Source: Pristiophorus japonicus (Eukaryota). Taken from it: DNA of 64,000 nt. The stretch covers positions 117,304,001-117,368,000 of the forward strand of contig NC_091993.1 in NCBI RefSeq assembly GCF_044704955.1, written 5' to 3'. A program made the translations under genes and the position numbers. The notes under the pieces are model-generated. The model saw only the letters and a list, made by a program, of their open reading frames with translations, did not search any database and was not told where the DNA came from. Each line of letters begins with the position of its first letter. The stretch's first letter is position 1. Shown here in pieces: positions 1 to 10,609 of the stretch.

Positions 1-130
1 TGTGGGACCTTGCTGTGTGCAAATTGTCTGCCGCGTTTCCTACATTATAACAGTGACTAAACTTCAAGAAGTACTTCTTTGGTTAAAAAGTGCTTTGGGA
101 TGTCTGATGTTTATGAAAGGCACTCGATAA
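1..130 (+). mobile_element. 3' tail of DeuSINE/SacSINE1-like SINE
   Basis: tgtgggaccttgctgtgtgcaaattg...cagtgact...aagtacttc...gctttgggatgtc...gaaaggcact matches the Deu-domain/tail; it is the reverse complement of part of the copy at 5557-5990. Confidence 0.7.
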
Positions 131-261
131 TTCTTTCTTTTTTCTACTGACACCACAATGTCAGCCGATGAGTTGGGGGTGGGGAAGGACTAGTTTATTT
201 TGCAGCAAACAAAATTTATTTATTAAGAAAACAGTAATGCAAACAAAGTCTATTTACTCAG

Positions 262-432
262 CAGAGCCTATTTAAACAGTGCATTACAGCAAACAGTCTA
301 CAGGGTCTATTTAAACAGTGCATTACAGCAAACAGTCTACAGAGTCTAGTTAAACAGTACATTACAGCAAACAGTCTACAGAGTCTATTTAAACAGTGCA
401 TTACAGAAAACAGTCTACAGAGTCTATTTAAA
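262..432. repeat. 39-bp minisatellite, about 4.4 copies
   Basis: Unit cagagtctatttaaacagtgcattacagcaaacagtcta starts at 262, 301, 340, 379 and (partial) 418. Confidence 0.95.
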
Positions 433-909
433 AAGAGTCTGTATGGATTAGAGGAACAGAACTCCGGACCAAAACTACGGCCATTTCTCCTGATGATAAA
501 AGGATGATTTCTCCAGCAAAATGTAGTGACAGAAGGCTGTTACATAATGCAAATTGATTATTTCTCCAGAAAAACGCAGTGTGGACGATAGCTACATGTA
601 AATTCTGAGCATAAATTCAATCCCTGTCACTTACAGCAGTGCAGTCTCCAGGTATGATTGACGGGGAATTACCCAATCATCTCCATGGCCGAGAATAGTG
701 GTTTCACTATAAGCAGATGGGAGAAATCTTAGGGGTCGTCACCTCAGTGATTGCAGGTGCAGCATTAGCAGAGGAAAACTGGTCCACCTTGTTGATCCAT
801 GAGTAGCATTTGTCTCAGAGAAGCATAGTTGTCTGTGGCAGCTCTTTGCTGGAGCAATCTAAAACTAATGCTAATGCCTTTGCTTGCTATTCAATGCTCT
901 GTATATCCC

Positions 910-1150
910 TCTGCTTCAAATCATTACCCAATTTACCTTTAAAAGGTCCAAGCGTCTTTGTCACTCTCTGTGACAAAACATTCCATGCTCCAGCAACCCT
1001 CTGAATAAAGAAATGTCTCCTTACCTTTCTGCTCACTCTCTTGGTAACAATTTTAAATTGATGACCCCTTTAACACTGACTCCCCAACCAGAGAAAACCA
1101 TTTTTCCCCATTCACTCGATCAGGACCGTTCATATCATTGAAAACCTCCA
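910..1150 (-). mobile_element. old CR1 3' fragment
   Basis: Reverse strand resembles the CR1 ORF2 C-terminus (RRHFFIQRVAGAWN-like; VNGEKWFSLVGES). Confidence 0.55.
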
Positions 1151-1230
1151 GTAGACGAGAAGGGGAAGGGAAGAAACTATGAGGTAACTTAGAAACAAAA
1201 AGAACAAAGGAAACACGTTTGTTGTTAATA

Positions 1231-1719
1231 CAAGTTGAACCTCCCTTATCCGGCATCCTCGGGACCTGGCCTGTTCCGAATGAGGGATTTTGCCGTATGA
1301 GGGGAGTTCGCGCCTTTAAGGGCTGTTGCTAGGCTGGGCTGAGGTGTTGCTGCGGTCAGTGTGTGTGTGCGCCGATTGGCTGGAATAACTGTCAGTCAGC
1401 CAATCAGTGTGCAGGGGGCTGAGAAGAGTTGATGGGCCCCGAAGAGCTGGCAGACCCAGAAGAGTTGGCGAGCCCAGAACAGTCGGCCCGACCCCCCCGG
1501 AGGGAGTGCTGTGGAGAGGAGCGACTGGCCCGAGGACTGTGGCTACAGGAGTTCCAGCAGGGTGACGAGGAGGAGGCAGCCGATCGAGGAGAAAGATTAT
1601 ATTGGCGAGTAGGATTTTGACGGTTGTGTTCTGCGCATGCGCCACCCAGCGGCCAGGAATGGTTCCGGACGAGGGGTGGTGCCGGATAAGGGAATCCCGG
1701 ATAAGAGCGGTTCAACCTG
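1231..1719. mobile_element. Tc1/mariner (Tigger/pogo-like) MITE, 489 bp
   Basis: Imperfect TIRs caagttgaacctcccttatccgg / ccggataagagcggttcaacctg; TA target duplication at 1229-1230 and 1720-1721; no transposase. Confidence 0.85.
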
Positions 1720-1819
1720 TACATAGCTTGTATATGCAATGATGATTGTAAACTTGATTATCATCATAACATTAGGACCAGATTTAATAAATCACCACCT
1801 TTAAACACCTGTCTCCTAA

Positions 1820-4795
1820 TGAAAGAATTACTAATGGGACTAAAGGTGGACAAGTTCCCTGGACCTGACGGTTGCATCCTAGGGTCTGAAAAGAAGTGGC
1901 TGCAGAGATAGTGGATGCATTAGTTGTAATCTAGCAAAACTCCCTGAATTATGGAGAGGTCCCAGCGGACTGGAAAACCACAAATGTAACACCTCTATTT
2001 AAGGAAGGAGGGAGACAGAAAGCAGGAAACTATAGACCAGTTAGCCTAACATCTGTCATTGGGAAAATGCTGGAGTCCACCATTAAGGAAGTAGTAGCAG
2101 GACATTTAGAAAATCATAATGCAATCAAGCAGTGTCAGCGTGGTTTTATTAAAGGGAAATCATGTTTGACAAATTTGTTGATGTTCTTTGAGGATGTAAT
2201 GAGCAGAGTGGATAAAAGAGAACCAGTTGATGTCATATATTTGGATTTCCAGTAAGTATTCGATAAGGTGCCACACAAAAGGTTACTGCACAAGATAAGA
2301 GCCCATGGGTTTGAGGGTAATATATTAGCATTGATAGAGGAGTGGCTAACTAACAGAAAACAGAGAATCGAGATAAATGGGTCATTTTCAGCTGGCAAAC
2401 TGTAACTAGTGGGGTGCCACAGGGATCAGTGCTGGGGCCTTAACTATTTACAATTTATATTAATGAATTGGACGAAGGGACCAAATTTGATGATAAAAAG
2501 ATACGTGGGAAAGCAAGTTGTGAGGATGATGCAATGAATCTACAAAGGGATATAGATAGGCTCAGTGAGTGGGCAAACATTTGGCAGATGTACTATAATA
2601 AGGGAAAATGTGAGGTTATTCATTTTAGTAGGAAAATAAAAAAGCAAATTATTATTTAACTGGGGAGAAATGACAAAATACTGTGGTACAGAGGTATCTG
2701 GGGGTTCTTGTGCATGAAACGCAAAAAAGTTAGCATGCAGGTACAGCAAGTAATCAGGAAGGCAAATGGAATGCTGGCCTTTATTGCAAGGGGGTTGGAG
2801 TATAAAAGTAGGGAAGTCCTGCTCCAAATGTACAGGGGTTGGTAAGACCACACCTGGAGTACTGCGTACAGTTTAGGTCTCCTTATTTAAGGAATTACAG
2901 GGAATTATAGACCGGTCAGCCTGACATCGGTCGTGGGTAAAATGATGGAATCAATTATTAAGGATGTCATAGCAGCGCATTTGGAAAGAGGTGACATGAT
3001 AGGTCCAAGTCAGCATGGATCTGGAATTTTTTGAGGGTGTTTCCAGTAGAGTGGACAAGGGAGAACCAGTTGATGTGGTGTATTTGGACTTTCAGAAGGC
3101 TTTCGACAAGGTCCCACACAAGAGATTAATGTGCAAAATTAAAGCACATGGGATTGGGGGTAGTGTGCTAACGTTGATTGAGAACTGGTTGGCTGACAGG
3201 AAGCAAAGCGTAGGAAGTAAATGGGTACTTTTCAGAATAGCAGGCAGTGACTAGTGGGGTACCGCAAGGTTCTGTGCTGGGGCACCAGCTGTTTACATTG
3301 TACATTAATGATTTAGATGAGGGGATTAAATGTAGTATCTCCAAATTTGCGGATGACACTAAGTTGGGTGGCAGTGTGAGATGCGAGGGGGATGCTATGA
3401 GGCTGCAGAGTGACTTGGATAGGTTAGGTGAGTGGGCAAATGCATGGCAGATGAAGTATAATGTGAGGTTATCCACTTTGGTGGTAAAAAGAGAGAGACA
3501 GACTATTATCTGAATGGTGACAGATTAGGAAAAGGGGAGGTGCAACGAGACCTGGGTGTCATGGTACATCAGTCATTGAAGGTTGGCATGCAGGTACAGC
3601 AGGTGGTTAAGGAAGCAAATGGCATGTTGGCCTTCATAGCGAGGGGATTTGAGTACAGGGGCAGGGAGGTGTTGCTACAGTTGTACAGTGCCTTGGTGAG
3701 GCCACACCTGGAGTATTGTGTACAGTTTTGGTCTCCTGACTTGAGGAAGGACATTCTTGCTATTGAGGGAGTGCAGCGAAGGTTCACCAGACTGATTCCC
3801 GGGATGGCGGGACTGACATATCAAGAAAGACTGGATCAACTGGGCTTGTATTCACTGGAGTTCAGAAGAATGAGAGGGGATCTCTTGGAACTTTTAAAAT
3901 TCTGACGGGTTTCGATAGGTTAGATGCAGGAAGAATGTTCCCAATGTTGGGGAAGTCCAGAACCAGGGGTCACAGTCTAAGGATAAGGGGTAAGCCATTT
4001 AGGACCGAGATGAGGAGAAACTTCTTCACCCAGAGAGTGGTGAACCTGTGGAATTCCCTATCACAGAATGTTGTTGATGCCAATTCACTAAATATATTCA
4101 AAAAGGAGTTAGATGTAGTCCTTACTACTAGGGGGATCAAGTGGTATGGCGAGAAAGCAGGAATGGGGTACTGAAGTTGTATGTTCAGCCATGAACTCAT
4201 TGAATGGCGGTGCAGGCTCGAAGGGCCGAATGGCCTGCTCATGCACCTATTTTCTAAGTTTCTATGTTTCTATGAAGGATATACTTGCATTGGAGGCAGT
4301 TCAGAGAATGTTCACTAGCTTGATTCCGGAAATGAAGAGGTTGCCATATGAAGAAAGGTTGAGCAGGTTGGGCCTATACTTCTTGGAGTTTAGAAGAATG
4401 AGAGGTGATCTTATTGAAACATGTAAGATTCTGAGGGGGTTTGATAGGGTAGATGCAGAGAGGATGTTTCCCCTCATGGGGCAATCTAGAACTAGGGGGC
4501 ATAGTTTCAGAATAAGTGGTCGCCCATTTAAAACTGGGATGAGGAGGAATTTCTTGTCTCAGAAGGCCGTGAATCTTTGGAATTCTTTACCCCAGAGAGC
4601 TGTGGAGGCTGGGTCATTGAATATATTTAAGGTGGAGATAGACAGATTTTTGAATGATAAGGGAGTCAAGGGTTATGAGGAACTGGTGGGGAAGTGGAGT
4701 TGAGGCCTACATCAGATCAGCCATGATATTGAATGGTGGAGTAGGCTCGAGGAGCCAAATGGCCGACTCCTGCTCCTATTTCTTATGTTCTTATG
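1820..4795 (+). mobile_element. 5'-truncated CR1 LINE (1820-~2893 plus ~4275-4795), interrupted by a second CR1
   Basis: RT motifs ([26 protein letters not shown]); reading resumes at KDILALE after the insert; (ttcttatg)n tail near 4780-4795. Confidence 0.85.
2896..4274 (+). mobile_element. nested CR1 LINE (RT and 3' UTR)
   Basis: ORFs 3015-4174 with FADDTK and PHLEYCVQFW; (tttctatg)n tail; aagga on both sides. Confidence 0.85.
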
Positions 4796-4929
4796 AAAGA
4801 CTTAGAGGATGGTTTCTGTGGGAATCCTGCTGACCCTGTGCTCTTACTGGAGATTACAAGTCACTTTATTATACCATCTGTGGTGAGGTGCAACAACTTA
4901 CAAGCTGCTTCAAGATTAATTTCTTCAGA

Positions 4930-5210
4930 TTCCTCATTGGCGGAAGGGTTGAGAACCACAGGACACAGGTTTAAGGTGACTGGCAGAAGAACCAAAGGCG
5001 ACATGAGGAAAAACTTTTTATGCAGCGAGTGGTTAGGATCTGGAATGCACGGCCTGAAAGGGTGGTGGAGGCAGACTCAATCACTTTCAAAAGGGAATTG
5101 GATATGTACCTGAAGGAAACATTTTTGCAGGGCTACGGGGAAAGGGTATGGGAGAGGGACTGGCTGAAATGATCTTGCAGAGAGATGGCTCGGGCTTGAC
5201 GGACCAAATT
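4930..5210 (+). mobile_element. CR1 3' fragment
   Basis: LAEGLRTTGHRFKVTGRRTKGDMRKNF motif. Confidence 0.7.
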
Positions 5211-5404
5211 CTAAACCCAATATTTGCTGTTACCTAGCAAGCGTAACAACTTAATCATTCTTCCATATTTTATACATCTAGACTAGAATGTGCAGCATAC
5301 TACAATCGTAGGTGTTAGTTGTTTGCAACAAATTATGTTCTTTTTATATTCTGTAGAAAATTATTGACATATAATGAAATGATTGTAGAAAAATAGAAAC
5401 TCAC

Positions 5405-5493
5405 CCTTCTTGTTTTGCATCAGGTACAAAAGTCGGCAAACAGCAAGCACAACAATAAAGGCCCCCGGCACACCGAGCACAATGTAAATCAGC
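5405..5493 (-). CDS. transmembrane exon of CD300/pIgR-like receptor: (R)LIYIVLGVPGAFIVVLAVCRLLYLMQNKK(G)
   Basis: Acceptor ctctgtaccacag, donor gtgagt; phase 2 in (fits the stalk exon), phase 1 out; hydrophobic run followed by NKK stop-transfer. Confidence 0.8.
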
Positions 5494-5556
5494 CTGTGGT
5501 ACAGAGAATAGGAAAGGGTCAGCGCTGGTTCTCCATTGATTCTTGGCTATTTGTTT

Positions 5557-5990
5557 AAAGAACTTGCATTTATATAGCACCTTTCACGGCCTCAGGACAT
5601 CCCAAAGCGCTTTATAGTCAATGAAGTACTTTTGAATGTACTGCTGTAATGTAGATAACACGGCAGCCAAATATGCAACAACAAGGTCCCACAAACAGCA
5701 ATGTGATAATGACCAGATGATCTGTATTTTTTTAGTGGTGTTGGTTAAGGACAGTAGGGAGAGCTCCCCTGCTCTTCTCCAAATATTGCCATGGGACCTG
5801 TTACATCCACCTGAGAGAGCAGATGGGCCCTTGATTTAAGGTCTCATCTGAAAGGCGGCATGTCTGACAGCACAGCACTCCCTCAGTACTGCACTGGAGC
5901 GTCAGCCTAGATATTGCGCTCAAGACCCTGGTTTGGGACGTGAAACCATAACCTTCTGACTCAGAAGGTGAGTGTGCTAACACTGAGCCA
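5557..5990 (-). mobile_element. full-length tRNA-derived DeuSINE-type SINE
   Basis: Minus-strand head tggctcagtgttagc (A box) and ggtttcacgtccc (B-box-like); Deu-like core; tail ...tatataaatgcaagttc. Confidence 0.8.
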
Positions 5991-6219
5991 TTTTAATGTG
6001 TGGTAAGTTTCATATACAACAAGCACAACAAAAGAATACCTGGTGATACCTGACAATATAGAAGCAACAACAGTTTGATGCACTATCTGGATTTTATAGT
6101 CAGTTGATCTTCACAGTCAAACTTACATAACAGAACAGACACAGGGATATGTCCTAAAATAAAGTGCATAGATTTTTAACATTTGTTACATAATTAACAT
6201 TTATCTGGCATATGCAGGA

Positions 6220-6410
6220 AATCTGAAAGAAAATCAGAAGTTTCTGGAAACACTCAGCAGGTCAGTCGGCAGCTGTGGGGTGAACAGATATCTTTAGGTT
6301 CTAGTGTGAACTAGAATTCTGAGGAAGTGTCTGCACCCGAACCATAAAGTGTCCATTTTCTCCACAGACTGGCCTTGTGTTTCCAGCAGTCACTACTTTA
6401 GTTTGACATT
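6220..6410. mobile_element. decayed palindromic Penelope-derived element
   Basis: ctggaaacac/gtgtttccag and ctgtgg/ccacag inverted pairs; central ttctag-ctagaa hairpin; right arm resembles 14120-14190. Confidence 0.55.
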
Positions 6411-6639
6411 TAGTTGGTGTTTTCTCCTTTTTACCATTGCAACTTCAAAGACCCAATTCCTTAGTGTTCACATTGGACTACAATTTCTGCTGCTTGTTGC
6501 CTACAGCTCGGGCTAATAATACAGAAATGAGTTACGTTCATTGAGTATTTACATCCCAAGCACATTGGGTGAAATATATAGCCACAGAATATGAATTGGA
6601 GAAAACCTCCTCCAAGCCCTGACTTAAAATTGCATCACT

Positions 6640-7050
6640 AAACACGAGTCCCCTGCCATCAACATCCTAGGGGTCACCGTTGACCAGAAGCTTAACTGGA
6701 CCAGCCACGCCAACATTGTGGCTACAAAAGCAGGGAAGAGGCTGGGCACTCTCCAACGACTGACTCAACCCCTGATCCCTCTGAGCCTCTCCATCATCTG
6801 CAGTGCTCAAGCCTGGAGTGTGATGGGAGTACTCACCTTAGATGGGTGCAGCTGTAATAACACTGAGGTTCACCACTATTTAACACAAAGCAGTGCATAT
6901 GATCAGTGCCCTGCTGCTGAGCTCAATATCCATCTCCTCCACCACTGGTGGCTACAGTACATGCCATCTACAGGACACACTGCAGCAACCCCACATCCTG
7001 AGAATCTATTAAAACAATTTGCCCAGCTTAACTTAAAATCACCTCTGAGC
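6640..7050 (+). mobile_element. old CR1/L2-group LINE fragment (3' end resumes about 9220-9450)
   Basis: INILGVTVDQKLNWTSHANIVATKAGKRLG RT-thumb motif; its 3' end lies after the inserted CR1. Confidence 0.7.
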
Positions 7051-7054
7051 CCAA

Positions 7055-9218
7055 TGGTCAAAGATGTTCTATAAATACATTAAGAGCAAGAGGGTAACTA
7101 AAGAAAGGGTAGGGCCTATTAGAGACCATGAGGGTAATATTTGTGTGGAGGTGGAAGATGTTGGTATGGTTCTTAATGAATACTTTGCATCTGTTTTCAC
7201 AAAGGAATGGGACAATGCAGATACTGATATCAAGGAGGAGAATGAAATTCTGGATGAAATAAACATAGTGAGAGAGGAGGCATTAAGGGGTTCAGCAGCT
7301 ATGAAAGTAAGTAAGTCCCTAGGCCCGGATGAAATGCATCTCAGGCTGTTGAACGAAGTAAAAGAGGAAATAGCAGAGGCCTTCGCCATCATTTTCCAGT
7401 CCTCTTTGGATTTGGGCATGGTGCCGGAGGACTGAAAGACTGCTAATGTAATACCCTTGTTTCAGAAGGGAGAAAGGGATAGGCCGAGTAATTACAAGCC
7501 TGTCAACCTAACCTCAGTGGTGGGAAAATTATAGGAAAAACTCCTGAAAGACAGGATAAATCTACATTTGGAAAGGCAAGGATTAATTAGGGACAGTCAG
7601 CACGGATTTGTTAAGGGAAGATCGTGTTTGACTAATCTGATTGAATTTTTTGAGGAGGTAACCAAGATGGTCGATAAGGGTAGTGCATACGATGTAGTAT
7701 ATATGGACTTTAGCAAAGCTTATGATAAGGTCCCACATGATAGACTGGTCACGAAGGTTAAAGCTCATGGGATCCAAGGCAAAGTGGCTAGTTGGATCCA
7801 AAATTGGCTTAGAGGTAGGAAGCAAAGGGTAATGGTTGATGGATGTTTTTGTGACTGGAAGGATGTTTCCAGTGGGGTTCTGCAGGGCTCAGTACTGGAT
7901 CCTTGCTTTTTGTGGTATGTATCAATGATTTCGATTTGAATATAGGGAGTATGATTAAGAAGTTTGCAGATGATACTAAAATTGGCTGCGTGGTTGATAA
8001 TGAAGAGGAAATCCATGGATTGCAGGAGGATATCAATCTACTGGTTAGGTGGGCAGAGCTGTAGCAAATTGAATTTAATTCGGAGAAGTGTGAGGTAATG
8101 CACTTTGGGAGGGCTAATAAAGGAAAGGGTATACACATTAAGCGGTAGGCCACTTAATAGTGTAGATGAACAAAGGGACCTTGGAAAGCTTGTCCACAGA
8201 TCCCTGAAAGTAGTAGGCCAGGTGGATAAGGTTGTTAAGAAGGCATACGGAATGTTTGCCTTAATTGGTCGAGGCATAGAATGCAAGAGCAGGGAGGTTA
8301 TGCTTAAATTGTATAATACTCTGGGTTAGGCCACAGCTGGAGTACTACTTGCAGTTCTCGTTGCCGTATTATAGGAAGGACGTGATTACACTAGTGAGAA
8401 TGCAGAGGAGATTTACGAAGATGCTGCCTGGAATGGAGAATCTTAGCTATGAGGACAGATTGGATAAGCTAGTTTTGTTCTCATTGGAACAGAGGAGGTT
8501 GAGAGGAGACCTCATTGAGGTGTACAAAATTTTGAGGGGCCTTGAAATAGTGTATAGCAAGCGACTATTTCCATTGGTGGAGGGGTCAATTATGAGGGGG
8601 CATAGTTTTAAGGTGGTTGGTGGAAGGTTCAGAGGGGATTTGAGGTGGGGCTTCTTCACACAGAGGGTTGTGGGAGTCTAGAACTCACTGCCTGGAAGGA
8701 TGGTGGATGCAGAAACCCTCATCACATTTAAAAGGTGCTTTGATGGGCACTTAAAGTACCGTAAACTGCAGGGTTATGGAGCGAGAGCTGGTAATTGGGA
8801 TTAGACTGGATAACCTCTTGTTGGCCGGTGCAGATACGATGGTAAGTACTGCAGGGAATTGAATACGGCCCGGGTGATCTCCTGGATGAATTTCGATCGC
8901 CTGGATGGGTCGGAGAGGAATTCTCCCAGATTTTTTTCTCCAATTGGCCTGGATTTTTATCTGGTTTCTGCCTCCCCCAGGAGATCACATGGCTCTGGTT
9001 GGGTGGAGTGTAGAATGTTTCAGTGTAAGGAATATGGCAGTTGTGTGGGGCGGACTGGTTGGGCTGGGTGCTCATTGCCTTTCTGTCATTTTTTTCATTG
9101 GTTTACATGTAACCTTCAGGGCTGCTGACCGAGAGCCGTGTGGCCCTTTGTCGGCTGGTGTGGACACGATGGTCCGAAATGCCCTCCTTCTGCATTGTAG
9201 ATTTCTATGTTTCTATGT
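7055..9218 (+). mobile_element. 5'-truncated CR1 LINE with long 3' UTR
   Basis: Frameshifted ORF2 pieces 7064-8681; (tttctatg)n tail at about 9200-9218. Confidence 0.85.
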
Positions 9219-9937
9219 CTGTACCATTAAGGCAAGCAACATCATGAAAACACCACCTCCTCGAAGTTACATACAGTTCTGGTTTGGAAATAGACTGCGG
9301 TTTCTTCATTGTCAGGTCAAAATCATAGCATTTCTTACCACCATTGATCAGCAGATCAAGAAGGCGGCCCAGCACCACCTTCTCAGGGCAACTAGTGACG
9401 GGCAATAAATGTAACCATGTCAGCATTGCCCACCTCCCAATAATACATTTTAAGAGAAGAAACTTCCTGCAGTTGTAGTGAGCGACACTGAGAATTGGAC
9501 CAAAGCTGAAGATGTTGCTCACTGGTGATATCAAGGGCTGTGCAGATATATTACTGCTATTGCTCACTTTCACCAACAGAAACTTTACTGTCAGCCCCAC
9601 ACCAGAACAGATATCGGCAAGGTAAGTTTGGCAAGTGCAACTCAACACACACCATGAGAGTAGGTTAGTGGTGAAGTAATCATAGTGAATAATTCAAAGA
9701 GCACCATCTGAGGGGCGGCAAAATGGAGGTCCTCAATTCTTATTCGTATTTTCTACCAACCTTCATTAGGAAGCTAACACAGCAACATGTGTAAACCCAG
9801 CCACTATTTCCATTCTGATGAGCTACATTCCAAAATAATAAATGATTATCAACCCTTACGCCCAAACTATTAAAGAACATTTAATCTATCACATGGAGGC
9901 AATGCCAGTCAAAACATCAGCAATGAGAACATTGTAC

Positions 9938-10103
9938 CTTTTAATAAATTTGGATCCTGAAGATTGTTTTCGGTTATCAGTGGAAATAATAGATTTGGAT
10001 TCTGAAGATTGTTTTCGGTTATCAGTGGAAATAACATTTGTACTGGTGGAATGTGTACTTGTTGGTGATACAGTTGACAAAACTTCACAAGAATATTCAG
10101 GTC
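9938..10103 (-). CDS. Ser/Thr-rich stalk exon of CD300/pIgR-like receptor (GPEYSCEVLSTVSPTSTHSTSTNVISTDNRKQSSESKSIISTDNRKQSSGSKFIKR)
   Basis: Acceptor cccttgtttcaatag, donor gtacaa; phase 1 in, phase 2 out; joins the C2 and TM exons in frame. Confidence 0.75.
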
Positions 10104-10374
10104 CTATTGAAACAAGGGAATAATATTTAGATTCACCTACTTTTCACTTGTAGTCAACCAAGAGAGCACGATTGTCAAATGGAACCTCGTTATTTGTGAA
10201 AAAGCCTGGTTGATATAATGGATTTGGATGATTTAATTTCTGTACAATTTCCCCCTCACTGGTAGCACGGAGAGAGGCTGCTGACACTTGGCCATGACCA
10301 ATAATTTCCATTTCTTTTCCATATCTGAGAGTTGGTGGTACAGAGTTACTATTGTGTCATTTAAAGAGCCTCTT

Positions 10375-10609
10375 GCACTGTTTTAATGAATCTCAATGCA
10401 AGCTCGAGGAACAGCACCTCATATTCCGTTTAGGCACTTTACACCCTTCTGGACTCAACATCGAGTTCAACAATTTCAAACCATAACATCTGCCCATATT
10501 TTTTATATTTTTGTTTTTTTTCCTCTTTCCCACGGCAGCTGTTGATGATTCTGCCATCTTCATTTACACCCTATCTAGACTCATCTTTTGTTTCTTAACT
10601 TGACCCATT
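10375..10609 (+). mobile_element. Penelope-like element remnant (GIY-YIG C-terminus)
   Basis: Translates KLEEQHLIFRLGTLHPSGLNIEFNNFKP*; continues at 13961-14190. Confidence 0.75.

Noticed and set aside
262-432. CRISPR-like periodic repeat
   Set aside because: Contiguous 39-bp units with no unique spacers; vertebrate context; no cas genes
10136-10323. Minus-strand AG...GT-bounded segment with a 59-codon frame
   Set aside because: Only about 30 nt from the stalk acceptor, ends in a stop, and is phase-incompatible
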